DNA from: an uncultured cyanobacterium
Lineage (GTDB): Bacteria; Cyanobacteriota; Cyanobacteriia; Pseudanabaenales; Pseudanabaenaceae
Assembly (NCBI GenBank): GCA_963703315.1
Contig: OY969811.1
Location: 3,264,001 to 3,328,000, forward strand
Direction: 5' to 3'
DNA: 64,000 nt
This document shows, in pieces, positions 41,980 to 52,038 of this stretch (positions are counted from its first letter, which is position 1; each line of letters begins with the position of its first letter). The translations under genes were made by a program, and so were the position numbers. The notes under the pieces are model-generated. The model made no database searches. It worked only from the letters and a program-made list of their open reading frames with translations, and was not told the origin of the DNA.

Positions 41980-43044
41980 TTAAGAGCGCTTTTCCAATGC
42001 CAACTCTACAAGCCGATCGCATAGTTCTGTAAATGGAATCCCTGAATATTCCCATAACTTTGGATACATACTCAGTGAGGTAAATCCGGGAAAAGTATTG
42101 ATTTCATTAATTAAAACCGTTCCCGTTGCTTCCACATAGAAGAAATCGACTCTGGCTAAACCTGAGCCAGCCACAGTTTGAAAAGCTTTAACTGCCATTG
42201 ACTGCACTGCTTGAGTCACATTGTCAGGCAATTTACTGGGAATAATTAAATCCGCTTTACCTGCCGTGTATTTGGTTTCATAATCATAGAAATCACTAGT
42301 GAAAGTAATTTCACCGATCGCTGAAGCTTGTGGTTGTTCATTGCCGAGAACCGCACATTCGATTTCACGGGCAGTTACGCCTTGCTCGATGATGATGCGT
42401 GGATCGTAACTAGTCGCACTAGCGATCGCCTCTTTTAACTGTTGGCGATCGCGCACTTTAGAAATACCCACCGACGAGCCGAGATTTGATGGCTTCACAA
42501 AGCAGGGATAACCAAGAGTTGCCTCGATATGTTCACTCCATGACTGCTCATCTTGTTGCCATTGCCAACGATTGAGCGCCACATATTTGACCTGTGGCAA
42601 ACCTGCATTCGCAAAAATTGCCTTCATCGCAATCTTATCCATTCCCACGGATGAAGCAAGTACACCATTACCAACATAAGGCTTATGCATCAGTTGCAAT
42701 AGTCCCTGAACTGTTCCATCTTCGCCATTAGGACCATGTAAAACGGGAAACCAGAGATCAATTTGCTGGACTTCCGTTGGCAAGAAAAAAGCGGCATTGG
42801 TTAATAATTCTGAATCTGCTAACGCTTTGCCTGAGTCTAAAACCTGTTGTGATACATCGGGACTGCGCCACGTACCATCGCGCTGAATGTAGAAGGGTTG
42901 AACTTGATAACGAGAGTTTTGACTGAGGGCTGAGGCGATCGCTTTTGCTGATGTAATCGACACATCATGTTCGCCAGACTGTCCACCAAATAGCAAGCCG
43001 ACATAAAGAGGAGATTTTGCCTGCAAATCCATCATACCTATCAT
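41980..43044 (-). CDS. ddl: D-alanine--D-alanine ligase
   Basis: [42 protein letters not shown]. Confidence 0.97.
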   Translation of the reverse strand: MIGMMDLQAKSPLYVGLLFGGQSGEHDVSITSAKAIASALSQNSRYQVQPFYIQRDGTWRSPDVSQQVLDSGKALADSELLTNAAFFLPTEVQQIDLWFPVLHGPNGEDGTVQGLLQLMHKPYVGNGVLASSVGMDKIAMKAIFANAGLPQVKYVALNRWQWQQDEQSWSEHIEATLGYPCFVKPSNLGSSVGISKVRDRQQLKEAIASATSYDPRIIIEQGVTAREIECAVLGNEQPQASAIGEITFTSDFYDYETKYTAGKADLIIPSKLPDNVTQAVQSMAVKAFQTVAGSGLARVDFFYVEATGTVLINEINTFPGFTSLSMYPKLWEYSGIPFTELCDRLVELALEKRS

Positions 43045-43080
43045 TAGTCAACACCCTCGTCAAATTGAGATCAAACTTTC

Positions 43081-43183
43081 AAGTAGCTCAGTATAGTTAA
43101 AACCCAAAACCAGAGCTTATGCCGCCCGCATAGAAGGTGGCACAAGCTTTTAGATTTTAAGTTTACTTATGCTGAGCTACTTA
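43081..43183. mobile_element. AAGTAGCT-ended MITE copy
   Basis: TIRs AAGTAGCTCAG/CTGAGCTACTT; degenerate central hairpin. Confidence 0.7.
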
Positions 43184-43239
43184 GTATTGAATACTTTACA
43201 TTAAAGTTCGCCAGTTCTAAGGATGAAATGCAACGCCTA

Positions 43240-43580
43240 ATTTCTAATGCCAGAATCGCAGTCTCACCATCCATTAAGGGCATCATCATATCCATTAACA
43301 CTACACCAATTCTATCTTTATTAGGATTTACGCAATAGCCCTGTAATAAATTACGGGCTGAAAGCTTAAACCCGTTGAAACGGGTTGATCGGAGGGCGCT
43401 TTTTAGTCCGCTTTAGCTGACTTTAGCTTCGCAGCCCAGAACTTTAGTTCTTGGTTGGTTTGCGTAAGTTCTATTTATGTTGGGCATAAATGACGATCGC
43501 ATCAACTCCATCACAGGCAGTCATCACCTGACAATTAAATGACTCAAGTAATGCCTTAGTAGTCTCTCGAAATGGAATCT
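43240..43580 (-). pseudogene. Receiver-domain fragment interrupted by a MITE
   Basis: Removing 43322-43473 and one TTTAT copy restores RETTKALLESFNCQVMTACDGVDAIVIYAQHKDRIGVVLMDMMMPLMDGETAI. Confidence 0.8.
43322..43473. mobile_element. 152-bp MITE with TAGGATTTACGCA-type TIRs and 5-bp TSD
   Basis: TAGGATTTACGCA...TGCGTAAGTTCTA flanked by TTTAT (43317-43321 and 43474-43478). Confidence 0.88.
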
Positions 43581-43673
43581 ATAAAAGCACGGCTCCGCCG
43601 TGCTTTTATAGATTTATCTAGGTTTTAAGTCGTCGTAAAGCGCTGTAGTGAGAAGTGATTAGCTAGCTATTAC

Positions 43674-44732
43674 TTACGCTTTGTTGCTGGACTTAGGTGA
43701 TTGAGCGAGATACTTTTGTAACTGCTCCATTGCTAGCATTAACTGCGGCGTAGGATCGATCGCGACGAGACCATCCTTCATCTTTTGCCAAATCTCGAAG
43801 TGTAAGTGAGGTCCAGTCGCTAAACCAGTACTACCGACTAAACCAATCACCGTTCCTTGTCTGACTTCTTGCCCTGTTTTGACCAATACCTCAGACAAGT
43901 GAGCATAGCGTGTCTCGTGGGTGTCACCGTGAGAAATAACTACAATCAAGCCATAGCCACCAAGCCAACCTGCAATTTCTACTCGACCACTAAAGGCAGC
44001 GACAACAGGTGTACCTTCGGCGGCGGCGAGGTCTGTACCTTGGTGGAAGCGGACTTGACCAGTGACAGGATGTACGCGAGTACCAAATAGCGAACTAATG
44101 GCAGATGGGGCAATCAATGGGAAGAGCATTTGCTTATCACCATTGCTCGGCAAGCTCATTGCTGCAATCTCGTCTGGAGTAAGGCGACGTACTTGCACAG
44201 CAGTTTCACCTGATGCCGCAGCATAGAGGACTTTGCCATTTTGGTAATAGTTTTGCCGATCGCTAACCGCTACTTCAGGAGCGCAAAGATTAGATCTACG
44301 TCCCGCAAGTTCACTTGCTTTCGTTTGGCAACCACTAGAGCGATTTTCGAGGACGATTTCTACGGGTTGCGATCGCCTTACGGATGCTTTTGGTGATGTC
44401 TTTAATGTAGTTTCAATGTTAACTTGGACAGACTCGCGATTATTGCCAGTACTTACAGGATTATTGACGGGCGCAGAATTACGATTGCTGTCACTTTTGA
44501 TTTCTACGGTGATTGGTGCAGGAGCGATCGCAGGTTGTGATTGGATTGGTTGCGACTGGACTGGTGGTTGTGGCTGGACTTGGGGGACTGGGGCAGAGGG
44601 TTGGGATACTGCAATATCAGGAGAAATCGCTGATTTGCTAGCAGCGTATGCTGAGCTAACTAGAACATAGTTATTTGTAGAGAAGCAAAGCAGGGTAGCT
44701 AGAGTAATTGTGGAAAGTGTGGATTTTCGCAT
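43674..44732 (-). CDS. M23-family metallopeptidase
   Basis: HQGTD, YAHL, GPHLHFE; signal peptide from ATG 44732. Confidence 0.92.
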   Translation of the reverse strand: MRKSTLSTITLATLLCFSTNNYVLVSSAYAASKSAISPDIAVSQPSAPVPQVQPQPPVQSQPIQSQPAIAPAPITVEIKSDSNRNSAPVNNPVSTGNNRESVQVNIETTLKTSPKASVRRSQPVEIVLENRSSGCQTKASELAGRRSNLCAPEVAVSDRQNYYQNGKVLYAAASGETAVQVRRLTPDEIAAMSLPSNGDKQMLFPLIAPSAISSLFGTRVHPVTGQVRFHQGTDLAAAEGTPVVAAFSGRVEIAGWLGGYGLIVVISHGDTHETRYAHLSEVLVKTGQEVRQGTVIGLVGSTGLATGPHLHFEIWQKMKDGLVAIDPTPQLMLAMEQLQKYLAQSPKSSNKA

Positions 44733-44743
44733 ATTTGATTCTA

Positions 44744-45457
44744 TTAATAGCCGACAGAAAAATTTTGAGGCTGATAGATCGCTTCTTGGGCATTGCCTTC
44801 CCATCTTACTACCAGTTCGCCTGTTGGTCTAATGTCGATGATTTGACCGTGAAGTTCCCGACCATTAATCATTTGACGCACATGGCGATCGCTCAGCATC
44901 TGCAAATATTCCGCCAAAATGCCTGTGATACCTTCGCGATCGCTGCGAGTTTGCGCCATCTGCACACCTGCCAGCACCACTTCAATCAGTTCATCCATAC
45001 TCGATAAGGTTGTTGGCAATTCACCTAAAGCGATCGCACCCTCAGGGACTTCATTTGTCCAGTTAATGCCGATCCCCACCACTGCATAGATAATCTTGTC
45101 CGCCTCAATCCTTGTCTCAGTGAGAATCCCCCCTAACTTACGGCGATCAATTAACAGATCATTTAGCCATTTAAGCTTAACTTTTGCTCCTGTTTCATGA
45201 AGCGCCTTGGCAATCCCCCAAGCTGACCACAGCGTAATTTGGTGAGCATTTGCCGCCGCTAAATTGGGTTGTAAAATGATTGACATAAATAGTCCCCCCA
45301 GATCAGACTGCCATTGATGCCCCCTTTGCCCTCTGCCTTTAGTTTGACGCTTAGCAATAATGGCAGTATTCGCTAAAACTTGGTGGCGATCGATGAGTCG
45401 CCAAGCTTCGCTATTGGTTGAGTCTATTTCCTCGTAACGGATAATTTGCAAATTCAA
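44744..45457 (-). CDS. birA: Biotin--acetyl-CoA-carboxylase ligase
   Basis: IDSTN, QTKGRGQRG, KWLNDL, KLGGILTE, GIGIN. Confidence 0.93.
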   Translation of the reverse strand: MNLQIIRYEEIDSTNSEAWRLIDRHQVLANTAIIAKRQTKGRGQRGHQWQSDLGGLFMSIILQPNLAAANAHQITLWSAWGIAKALHETGAKVKLKWLNDLLIDRRKLGGILTETRIEADKIIYAVVGIGINWTNEVPEGAIALGELPTTLSSMDELIEVVLAGVQMAQTRSDREGITGILAEYLQMLSDRHVRQMINGRELHGQIIDIRPTGELVVRWEGNAQEAIYQPQNFSVGY

Positions 45458-45650
45458 AGTAGTTGCTGGCTTTCTACGAATTAGATTTTATGTGGCGCGG
45501 CTCCGCCGCGCCACATAAAATCTGGGTTCTTATTTTACTGCGCGTCTCTAAACTTCAAAATAGAGTATTTTACTTTTGAACCTTTTGATCGTAGTGCTTG
45601 TCAAAACCCTCGTACAGATAATTAAGCCTTCCACAAAAGGGGAAAATCAA

Positions 45651-46115
45651 ATGTTTCGTAATATCAAAAAATTGGCAGCGATCGCTTTTGTAACTGTAGC
45701 CGTTGGAGCCGTTGCCATTCCAAATCTCGTTAATGCTCAAAATACTACTAACAATCGCACCGAAACCCGTAAGCCCCGTCAAGGTGATGGTGCTTGGAAA
45801 AAGCTGAACTTGACTGATGCTCAAAAGGCACAAATGAAGACTATTCGCGAAAATGCGAAAACTCGTAGTCAAAGTGTATTTACTCCTGAGCAACGCGCCA
45901 TGATGGAAAAAGCCCGTCAATCTGGTGAGCGTAAGGGCGTACGCAAAGAATTGGGTCTGACTGATGCTCAAAAGCAACAGTTGAAGGCGATCGCCGAAGA
46001 CACCAAGACACAAATGAAGAGTGTTTTGACTCCTGAACAACAACAACAGGTTGAGCAAATGAAGCAACAACGTCAATCCAAGCGTGGAATGATGCGTCAA
46101 GGAACTACTCGTTAG
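45651..46115 (+). CDS. Spy/CpxP (LTXXQ) periplasmic chaperone-like protein
   Basis: Signal peptide; LTDAQ x2, FTPEQ, LTPEQ. Confidence 0.88.
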   Translation: MFRNIKKLAAIAFVTVAVGAVAIPNLVNAQNTTNNRTETRKPRQGDGAWKKLNLTDAQKAQMKTIRENAKTRSQSVFTPEQRAMMEKARQSGERKGVRKELGLTDAQKQQLKAIAEDTKTQMKSVLTPEQQQQVEQMKQQRQSKRGMMRQGTTR

Positions 46116-46205
46116 TCTTCGCAAAACAGCATCGCTTATCGTTGTTTATGCAAACACAAGGGTAGATTTGTGCTGCACATCTACTCTTGTGTTTTGATTG
46201 GAAAC

Positions 46206-46320
46206 TATAGCCATAGCCAAGCAAGTTAAGACATAAAATCCAAAAGAGAGTTGCGGCGCGAAGCGCCGCAACTCTCTTTTGGATTTTGGTTTTGTCCTAA
46301 CATAACTGACTACAGCTATA
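46206..46320. mobile_element. TATAGC-ended MITE
   Basis: TATAGC...GCTATA ends; GAGAGTTGCGGC-GCGAAGC-GCCGCAACTCTC hairpin. Confidence 0.8.
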
Positions 46321-46439
46321 TTTTCATACAAAGCTTTTAGCGAAATTCAAAAAATATTGCCAAATTGCTCATAAACAGTTGACTAAATGCGATCGCTATC
46401 TGCTATATTAATTGAGGTCAAAAAAATGACTTTAAAAAA

Positions 46440-46512
46440 GGGCGCTTAGCTCAGTTGGTAGAGCGTCTCGTTTACACCGAGAATGTCGGGGGTTCGAGTC
46501 CCTCAGCGCCCA
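46440..46512 (+). tRNA. trnV: tRNA-Val (TAC)
   Basis: GGGCGCT/AGCGCCC acceptor stem, TCTCG-TTTACAC-CGAGA anticodon arm, GGTTCGAGTCC. Confidence 0.97.
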
Positions 46513-46689
46513 TACATCATAGCTTGTATATAACAAATTTAAGCGAATATTAAACGCATATATAGGGATTAAAGCAATCACTTCTTGAGTGTCTCTAGTC
46601 GATAAACTATAGGGATTTTCGATAGTTTTCCAATAGGCTGTTATTATGCTTTGCATAGAATAGCCGCAAACTAATTGTCCGTCTAATTT

Positions 46690-46965
46690 ATGGAAGCTTT
46701 CAATCCGATTCCGCCAGAGTGGGTCGAAAAGGCTACACACGCTCATGGGTTTTGCTGTCCTAAATGTGGACAGCCGCCCAGCAAAGCTGAAGCTGTGTGG
46801 GTGAATCGCCGATCACCTGTTTATACTGAAAACCATCAACGCAAATGGCAAGAGTTTTATAGATGTGAGTGCCAAGCAGTTTGGTGGGCTTGGAGCAACG
46901 ATCGCCCACCGTCAGAATTTAGCGATCGGGCAATTCGGAACAGCTATGACGACGATTTGATTTGA
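46690..46965 (+). CDS. Small Cys-rich (zinc-ribbon-like) cyanobacterial protein
   Basis: CPKC...VWVNRRSPV...KWQEFYRCEC..WWAWS. Confidence 0.75.
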   Translation: MEAFNPIPPEWVEKATHAHGFCCPKCGQPPSKAEAVWVNRRSPVYTENHQRKWQEFYRCECQAVWWAWSNDRPPSEFSDRAIRNSYDDDLI

Positions 46966-46993
46966 GATTTAATTTGAGACTTGCATTGAACAA

Positions 46994-49354
46994 ATGAGAT
47001 CGCAATCTGCCTTGGTTCTGGCTTTGTCCTTCATTGCGGGTGCTTATGCCAGCTTTTTACCAGATTGGACGGGCTTTTATATCGTATTTGGAATTGGAAT
47101 TGGCTTATCGCTGCTTATTCCTGCAATTTGGCGTTTAGGACCTAAACGTTGGGTTTATTTATTAGCAACGGTAATTGCTGTTTTTGCTTGCTTTTATGTG
47201 AGGTTTCGTACCCCTCAGCCATTAGCTGATGATATTTCTAAATATGCGCCGCTATCCAATGCGATCGTGCGAGGGCAGGTGATCGAAGCACCGAGCTTAA
47301 CTCGCAGTGAGAGGGCAAAATTTTTGCTAGAGGTGAAGGAAATTAACCCATCTGGCAAATTCAATATCCAAAATCCTAATAGTCTGGCAAATCCTGTTGA
47401 ACCCACAACTGCTAATAATGCAGTTACCACCGATAAAGACGCTGACAAAAAGTTTGTGGTGGCATCTGGCAAGTTATATGTGACCGTGCCATTGATTCAG
47501 GTGACGGGATTACGCGCAGGGCAAGCGATCGAGCTTTCAGGAAGATTATATTTGCCAAATCGGGCTGATAATTTTGGAGCCTTTGATTTTAAATCCTATC
47601 TGGCGCGTCAGGGCGTATTCGCTGGTATGAGTGGGCGATCGCTGATCATGCAGGGCGATCCACCCAATTTTGGGGAATGGTGGTTTGTCAGCAAAATTGT
47701 CCGCGCTCACGTTATGGGGGCGGGTGTGCCTGAAGGTTCACTGCTTAGCTCATTAGTATTAGGTAGTCGAGCCGTCGATTTGCCCAGTGATCTCAAGGAT
47801 GCATTTATTCAGTCTGGTTTAGCGGCAATATTGGCGGCTTCGGGTTTTCAGGTAACTTTGGTTTTAGGAGCCGCAATCGCTTTAAGTCAGAGGCGATCGC
47901 TAAAACTGCAATTTGTGATTGGCAGTCTGTGTTTGGGGGGATATTTATTTTTAACAGGAGGCAGTCCATCAATTTTGCGAGCAGTAATCATGGGCTTCGG
48001 GAGTTTAATCGGTTTAGTGGTGCAACGTCGCAGTCGTCCCGTTGTCGGTTTGATTATCACGGCAGTATTGTTACTGCTCTATCAACCGCTCTGGATTTGG
48101 GACTTAGGCTTTCAGTTTAGTTTTCTGGCTACGTTTGGATTACTCACTACCTCTCGCTCCATTTCAGAACGTTTGGAATGGATGCCTCCCGCGATCGCTG
48201 AATTATTAGCTGTACCGATCGCCGCTTATATTTGGACATTGCCACTGCAACTATTAGTATTTGGCAAAATTACGCCCTATAGCTTAATCGCCAATGTCCT
48301 GACTACGCCCTTAGTTTCTATAGCTACCTATGGCGGCATTATTAGCGGTCTATTAGGAATTCTATTTGTGCCAATTGGGGCGGCGATCGCTTGGTTACTT
48401 TATCCATTACTGCATTGGACGATTGACATTGCTCAATGGATCAATACCTTACCTAATGCCAATACCAGCGTAGGCTCGATCTCGATCTGGCAAATGTTAA
48501 TCGCATACATTCTATTCATCGCGATTTGGCTTGTGCCTTGGTTTGGCAAAATGCAACGGTGGACAATCGCCTTTTTACTTGCCTGTGTGGTGCTATTTGT
48601 CCCCAATGCGATCGCTCAAGCTACAGTCTTTCAAGTCACCTTGCCCGCCTTTAATGATGTGCCAATTATGCTGATTCAAAATCAAAAGCAAACAGTTTTG
48701 ATTAATAGCGGCGATCGGCAATTTTCAAGTTTTACATTACAGCCATTTTTGCAAAAGCTCGGTATTAACCGTATCGATTGGGCGATTTCTACTGATACTC
48801 AGCCTGATTTTAGTGATGGTTGGAATGTTTTGATGTCTAGTTCTGTATCCATCGCTCAGTTTCGTGATCTCAGCCTCGGTGTTACCCCCAAGCCCTATCA
48901 AAATCTCCAACAATCTCTTGCCACAGCCAAAACTCCATTAGCTTCTCTCAAAATTGGCGAAACCCTCACAATCAATAATCAAGTAGAAATTCAGCTAATC
49001 AATCAAGCACCAGATGTCGTAAAAGTGAAAACTGGTGAGCTATCTTGGTTATTACTTGCCAATGCTGATCAAAAAACACAACAGGCGATCGCTGCCAAAA
49101 AAGATTTACTGCCCCAACTTTCGGCAAATATTCTATGGTGGACGGGTGGTCAATTGGAGCCAGCGATTTTGGAAGCGATTAATCCAAAAATTGCGATCGC
49201 CTCAGCTACTAGTGTGGTTGAAGTAATGCTAAATCAACTCTATGAAGCTAAAGTTAGAGTGTTTTGGACAGGACGCGATGGGGCGATTCAATGGAGTCCA
49301 GATAAAGATTTTCATACCCTCCGTGATCAACAGGATTCGCGATCGCCAATTTAA
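46994..49354 (+). CDS. comEC: ComEC/Rec2 competence protein
   Basis: NFGAFDFKSYL, LAASGFQV, SILRAVIM, GFQFSFLAT, multi-TM, RDGAIQW tail. Confidence 0.92.
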   Translation: MRSQSALVLALSFIAGAYASFLPDWTGFYIVFGIGIGLSLLIPAIWRLGPKRWVYLLATVIAVFACFYVRFRTPQPLADDISKYAPLSNAIVRGQVIEAPSLTRSERAKFLLEVKEINPSGKFNIQNPNSLANPVEPTTANNAVTTDKDADKKFVVASGKLYVTVPLIQVTGLRAGQAIELSGRLYLPNRADNFGAFDFKSYLARQGVFAGMSGRSLIMQGDPPNFGEWWFVSKIVRAHVMGAGVPEGSLLSSLVLGSRAVDLPSDLKDAFIQSGLAAILAASGFQVTLVLGAAIALSQRRSLKLQFVIGSLCLGGYLFLTGGSPSILRAVIMGFGSLIGLVVQRRSRPVVGLIITAVLLLLYQPLWIWDLGFQFSFLATFGLLTTSRSISERLEWMPPAIAELLAVPIAAYIWTLPLQLLVFGKITPYSLIANVLTTPLVSIATYGGIISGLLGILFVPIGAAIAWLLYPLLHWTIDIAQWINTLPNANTSVGSISIWQMLIAYILFIAIWLVPWFGKMQRWTIAFLLACVVLFVPNAIAQATVFQVTLPAFNDVPIMLIQNQKQTVLINSGDRQFSSFTLQPFLQKLGINRIDWAISTDTQPDFSDGWNVLMSSSVSIAQFRDLSLGVTPKPYQNLQQSLATAKTPLASLKIGETLTINNQVEIQLINQAPDVVKVKTGELSWLLLANADQKTQQAIAAKKDLLPQLSANILWWTGGQLEPAILEAINPKIAIASATSVVEVMLNQLYEAKVRVFWTGRDGAIQWSPDKDFHTLRDQQDSRSPI

Positions 49355-49356
49355 TT

Positions 49357-50223
49357 ATGATGACTTCACAACTACAACTAGTTAAAAAGCTTTTTGAGCA
49401 TAAGTTGTTTTGGGTATTGGTAAACCTCAGTTTTTTAGCGACTCTACATATTTACTGCTTTTGGAAAATATCATATAGAACGCCATCATTAATTAATCTA
49501 TTAGGATGGGGAAGTATTGGGTTTTTATTATGGAAAAAACGACATCAATTCAAAACTAGAGGAGATGTAGTTTCATCTATTTTTGGACTGATATTAATAA
49601 TATGGATGATTGTTAGACATATCTTAATTCAATCACAACTATCATTTAATGTATTATCTTATTTCTTTCCATTAATTACAGTTACAGGATTGCTATTAAT
49701 ATTTATAGGGTTTAGCAAATTAAAAAACTATATATCCGAACTCATAATTGCGACACTTATTTCTCTGCCATTTGGCTCGATATATACTCTATTAAAGCCA
49801 ATTGTAAATATTGATGCTCAACTACTAAATTTCAATTTGCACTATCTAGGATTTCAGTCTTCGAGGCAAGGTGCTGTAGTTTCATTAACTAATGGCTCTG
49901 TCGAAGTAATGGGTAGCTGCTCTAGCGTTAGTCCAATCTTAATGATGATTCCCTTTATAATTGTTTTACTAAGTATTTATCCTACTAGTAAGACTAAACA
50001 ATTCTTTATTTATCTTAGTACAATCTTCTCTATTATTTTTATAAATAGTATTCGTCTTGCAGTACTAGCAATACTTATCGACAAGAGAGATTTAGTAAAT
50101 TTCAACTATTGGCATACAGGAGGAGGTGCTGCTGTTTTCTCAAATATAATTGTTTTCTTAATTGCTGGTATATCCTATCAAATACTCAGTCATTCTTCTA
50201 AATCTACACAACAGGAATTATAG
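49357..50223 (+). CDS. Cyanoexosortase (exosortase/archaeosortase family)
   Basis: Multi-TM; catalytic triad candidates Cys (VEVMGSCS), Arg (NSIRL), His (FNYWHTGGG). Confidence 0.82.
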   Translation: MMTSQLQLVKKLFEHKLFWVLVNLSFLATLHIYCFWKISYRTPSLINLLGWGSIGFLLWKKRHQFKTRGDVVSSIFGLILIIWMIVRHILIQSQLSFNVLSYFFPLITVTGLLLIFIGFSKLKNYISELIIATLISLPFGSIYTLLKPIVNIDAQLLNFNLHYLGFQSSRQGAVVSLTNGSVEVMGSCSSVSPILMMIPFIIVLLSIYPTSKTKQFFIYLSTIFSIIFINSIRLAVLAILIDKRDLVNFNYWHTGGGAAVFSNIIVFLIAGISYQILSHSSKSTQQEL

Positions 50224-50332
50224 CTGTAGTCACTTGCATTAGGACAAATCAAAACCAGAAGACGAGTGGCGGCGCGAATCGCCGCCACTCGTCTTCTGGT
50301 TTTGTGTCCTAAGAAAAACTTTTTTTGCTATA
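50219..50332. mobile_element. TATAGC-ended MITE providing the exosortase stop codon
   Basis: TATAGCTGTAGTC...GCTATA ends, central hairpin; TAG 50221-50223 lies inside its end. Confidence 0.8.
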
Positions 50333-50404
50333 GGATGGGTTGGTGATAGCATAACCCATCATCTTTAAGCAATGGATGCGTTACATTACACTAACGCATT
50401 CTAC
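50331..50404. repeat. GTAG-type REP doublet, second copy
   Basis: TAGGATGGGTT...AACCCATC and ATGCGTTA...TAACGCATTCTAC; similar to 12552-12626 in reverse. Confidence 0.7.
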
Positions 50405-50449
50405 AAATGATTAAGCCTTCCTACTTATATTAAAATTAGACAGCTTGTT

Positions 50450-51166
50450 ATGAGCCAGATTTATACATATAAAGATAAAAGATTAATAGTTGAGCGATTT
50501 AAAAAGTTTAAAATATTTTGCTTAGCAACTGTTTTTACTACAACTTGCATCGCTATTACTATTTCTGTACTCATTCCAAACTCTAAAACCAGACCAAAGT
50601 TTCAATTTCCTAGCCAAATAGATTTAGATGGATGGAAATTTCAATCCAGTAATGACTTCAAAAATCTCAAGGGTAATGCGATCGCTGCTAAGCAATATTT
50701 CTATACCTCACTTAATCAAGATGATTTACAAATCGATGTACTGTACATCAATGGCATGATTTCCATCCCTCAATCTCTAAGTATAATCGGATTGAGATAT
50801 ACAAGTAATAGTTTAGATATTCGCTATTCTCAAAATGTAGGATACTATGCGTTATTCACGGATCAGAAACGAGCATACTTATCTTCTTGCATTAATCCTC
50901 GTGGTACTGCAACAGTGACAGAAGAGCAATTTGTTGACAATCGCAATAAATATGATCTTACAACCGATCGCATTGTTTCTTATCTGATTGGAATTGATGA
51001 TTTGCGAGATTCTCGGTGTCTATTTACAACGATGTCAATTGCATTAGATACTTCTAAATCTATAAATCAACCGAGATATTCATCATTAGCTAAAAACTAT
51101 CAAAAATTAGAAAAATCATGGTTTCATTGGTATCAAAACTGGTCAGATAATTTTCCGCACAGTTAG
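50450..51166 (+). CDS. Cyanoexosortase A system-associated protein
   Basis: N-terminal TM; FPSQIDLDGW, AYLSSCINPRG, DSRCLFT, LEKSWFHWYQNW; follows exosortase. Confidence 0.8.
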   Translation: MSQIYTYKDKRLIVERFKKFKIFCLATVFTTTCIAITISVLIPNSKTRPKFQFPSQIDLDGWKFQSSNDFKNLKGNAIAAKQYFYTSLNQDDLQIDVLYINGMISIPQSLSIIGLRYTSNSLDIRYSQNVGYYALFTDQKRAYLSSCINPRGTATVTEEQFVDNRNKYDLTTDRIVSYLIGIDDLRDSRCLFTTMSIALDTSKSINQPRYSSLAKNYQKLEKSWFHWYQNWSDNFPHS

Positions 51167-51221
51167 TTTAGAATGGCGCGGCTTTGCTGCGCCATTCTAA
51201 ACTAACTGTGCGGATTTGATA

Positions 51222-51296
51222 TATAGCGCTTTTCAAGCAAGCGAGGTATAGAGGAGGGAAACAATTCCGTACTTTACTAGACTGTGAAATGCTATA
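51222..51296. mobile_element. TATAGC-ended MITE, internally deleted sister of 57943-58027
   Basis: Shares AAGCAAGCGAGG and CTAGACTGTGAAA.GCTATA with the reverse complement of the 57943 copy. Confidence 0.75.
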
Positions 51297-51329
51297 ACAT
51301 ATTGCTAAAAAAATAGATTGGAGGTATTT

Positions 51330-52037
51330 ATGCAAGATATTCAAGTTCCAGCTATGAGCCGACAGACATTTTCATTGCTGAGGGGCTTAGGGTATTGTTC
51401 TCTAATCTTATTTTTATTAGATTTCTTGGCTATTACAATTCCTTTTAAATTTACAGATGCAGTTTGGGAGCTAACTGTTTATGGACAAATAATTGAAAGG
51501 ATTCCTCTCTTATTACTGTCTTTCCCATTAATTTTTTTTGGAGAATACAGTGCAAGAATGAAATGGGAACAAATTGCTACCAAAATTATTTCTTGGTTTA
51601 CTTTAATTATGGCAATACTTTTCTTATTGGGTATTCCTTTAGTCATTGTCAACACATTTCGAGTCCAGAATCTCCGTCAAGGTGAAATAATTACCCAAAC
51701 TGCAAAAAAGAATAGTCCTTTGCAGGAAGTTGTGGAACGCTTGAGCAAAGCAGGAACTGATGCTGAAATCCGCAATGTCTTAAGATTACTTAATCCACAA
51801 CAACAAGCATTAGTTGCTAAAATTCCTAAACCTCAAGAAGTTAAGAAAAAATTACTAACTGATATTACAACTTCAATTAATCAAACTCAAGCGCAATCAG
51901 AACAAGTAAAACGTCGAATTAGTTCAGCACTTTGGAAAAATTCTGTAAAATGGGCGATCGCCGCTTTGATTTCTGGTCTATTTCTTGTATATGTTTGGGT
52001 GCAGTCAAAATGGGCAAGGATAGGGATCAATTATTAG
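51330..52037 (+). CDS. HpsJ-family membrane protein (exosortase-associated)
   Basis: GGAGG RBS; DAVWEL..YGQIIERIP, KNSVKWAIAALISG; TM helices plus coiled region. Confidence 0.75.
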   Translation: MQDIQVPAMSRQTFSLLRGLGYCSLILFLLDFLAITIPFKFTDAVWELTVYGQIIERIPLLLLSFPLIFFGEYSARMKWEQIATKIISWFTLIMAILFLLGIPLVIVNTFRVQNLRQGEIITQTAKKNSPLQEVVERLSKAGTDAEIRNVLRLLNPQQQALVAKIPKPQEVKKKLLTDITTSINQTQAQSEQVKRRISSALWKNSVKWAIAALISGLFLVYVWVQSKWARIGINY

Positions 52038-52038
52038 C

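Noticed and set aside
46513..46690. Possible integration site after tRNA-Val
   Set aside because: No duplicated tRNA 3' end or integrase seen; downstream genes look like core genes
48650..49354. ComEC C-terminal MBL domain lacks HxHxDH
   Set aside because: Degenerate MBL domains are common in cyanobacterial ComEC
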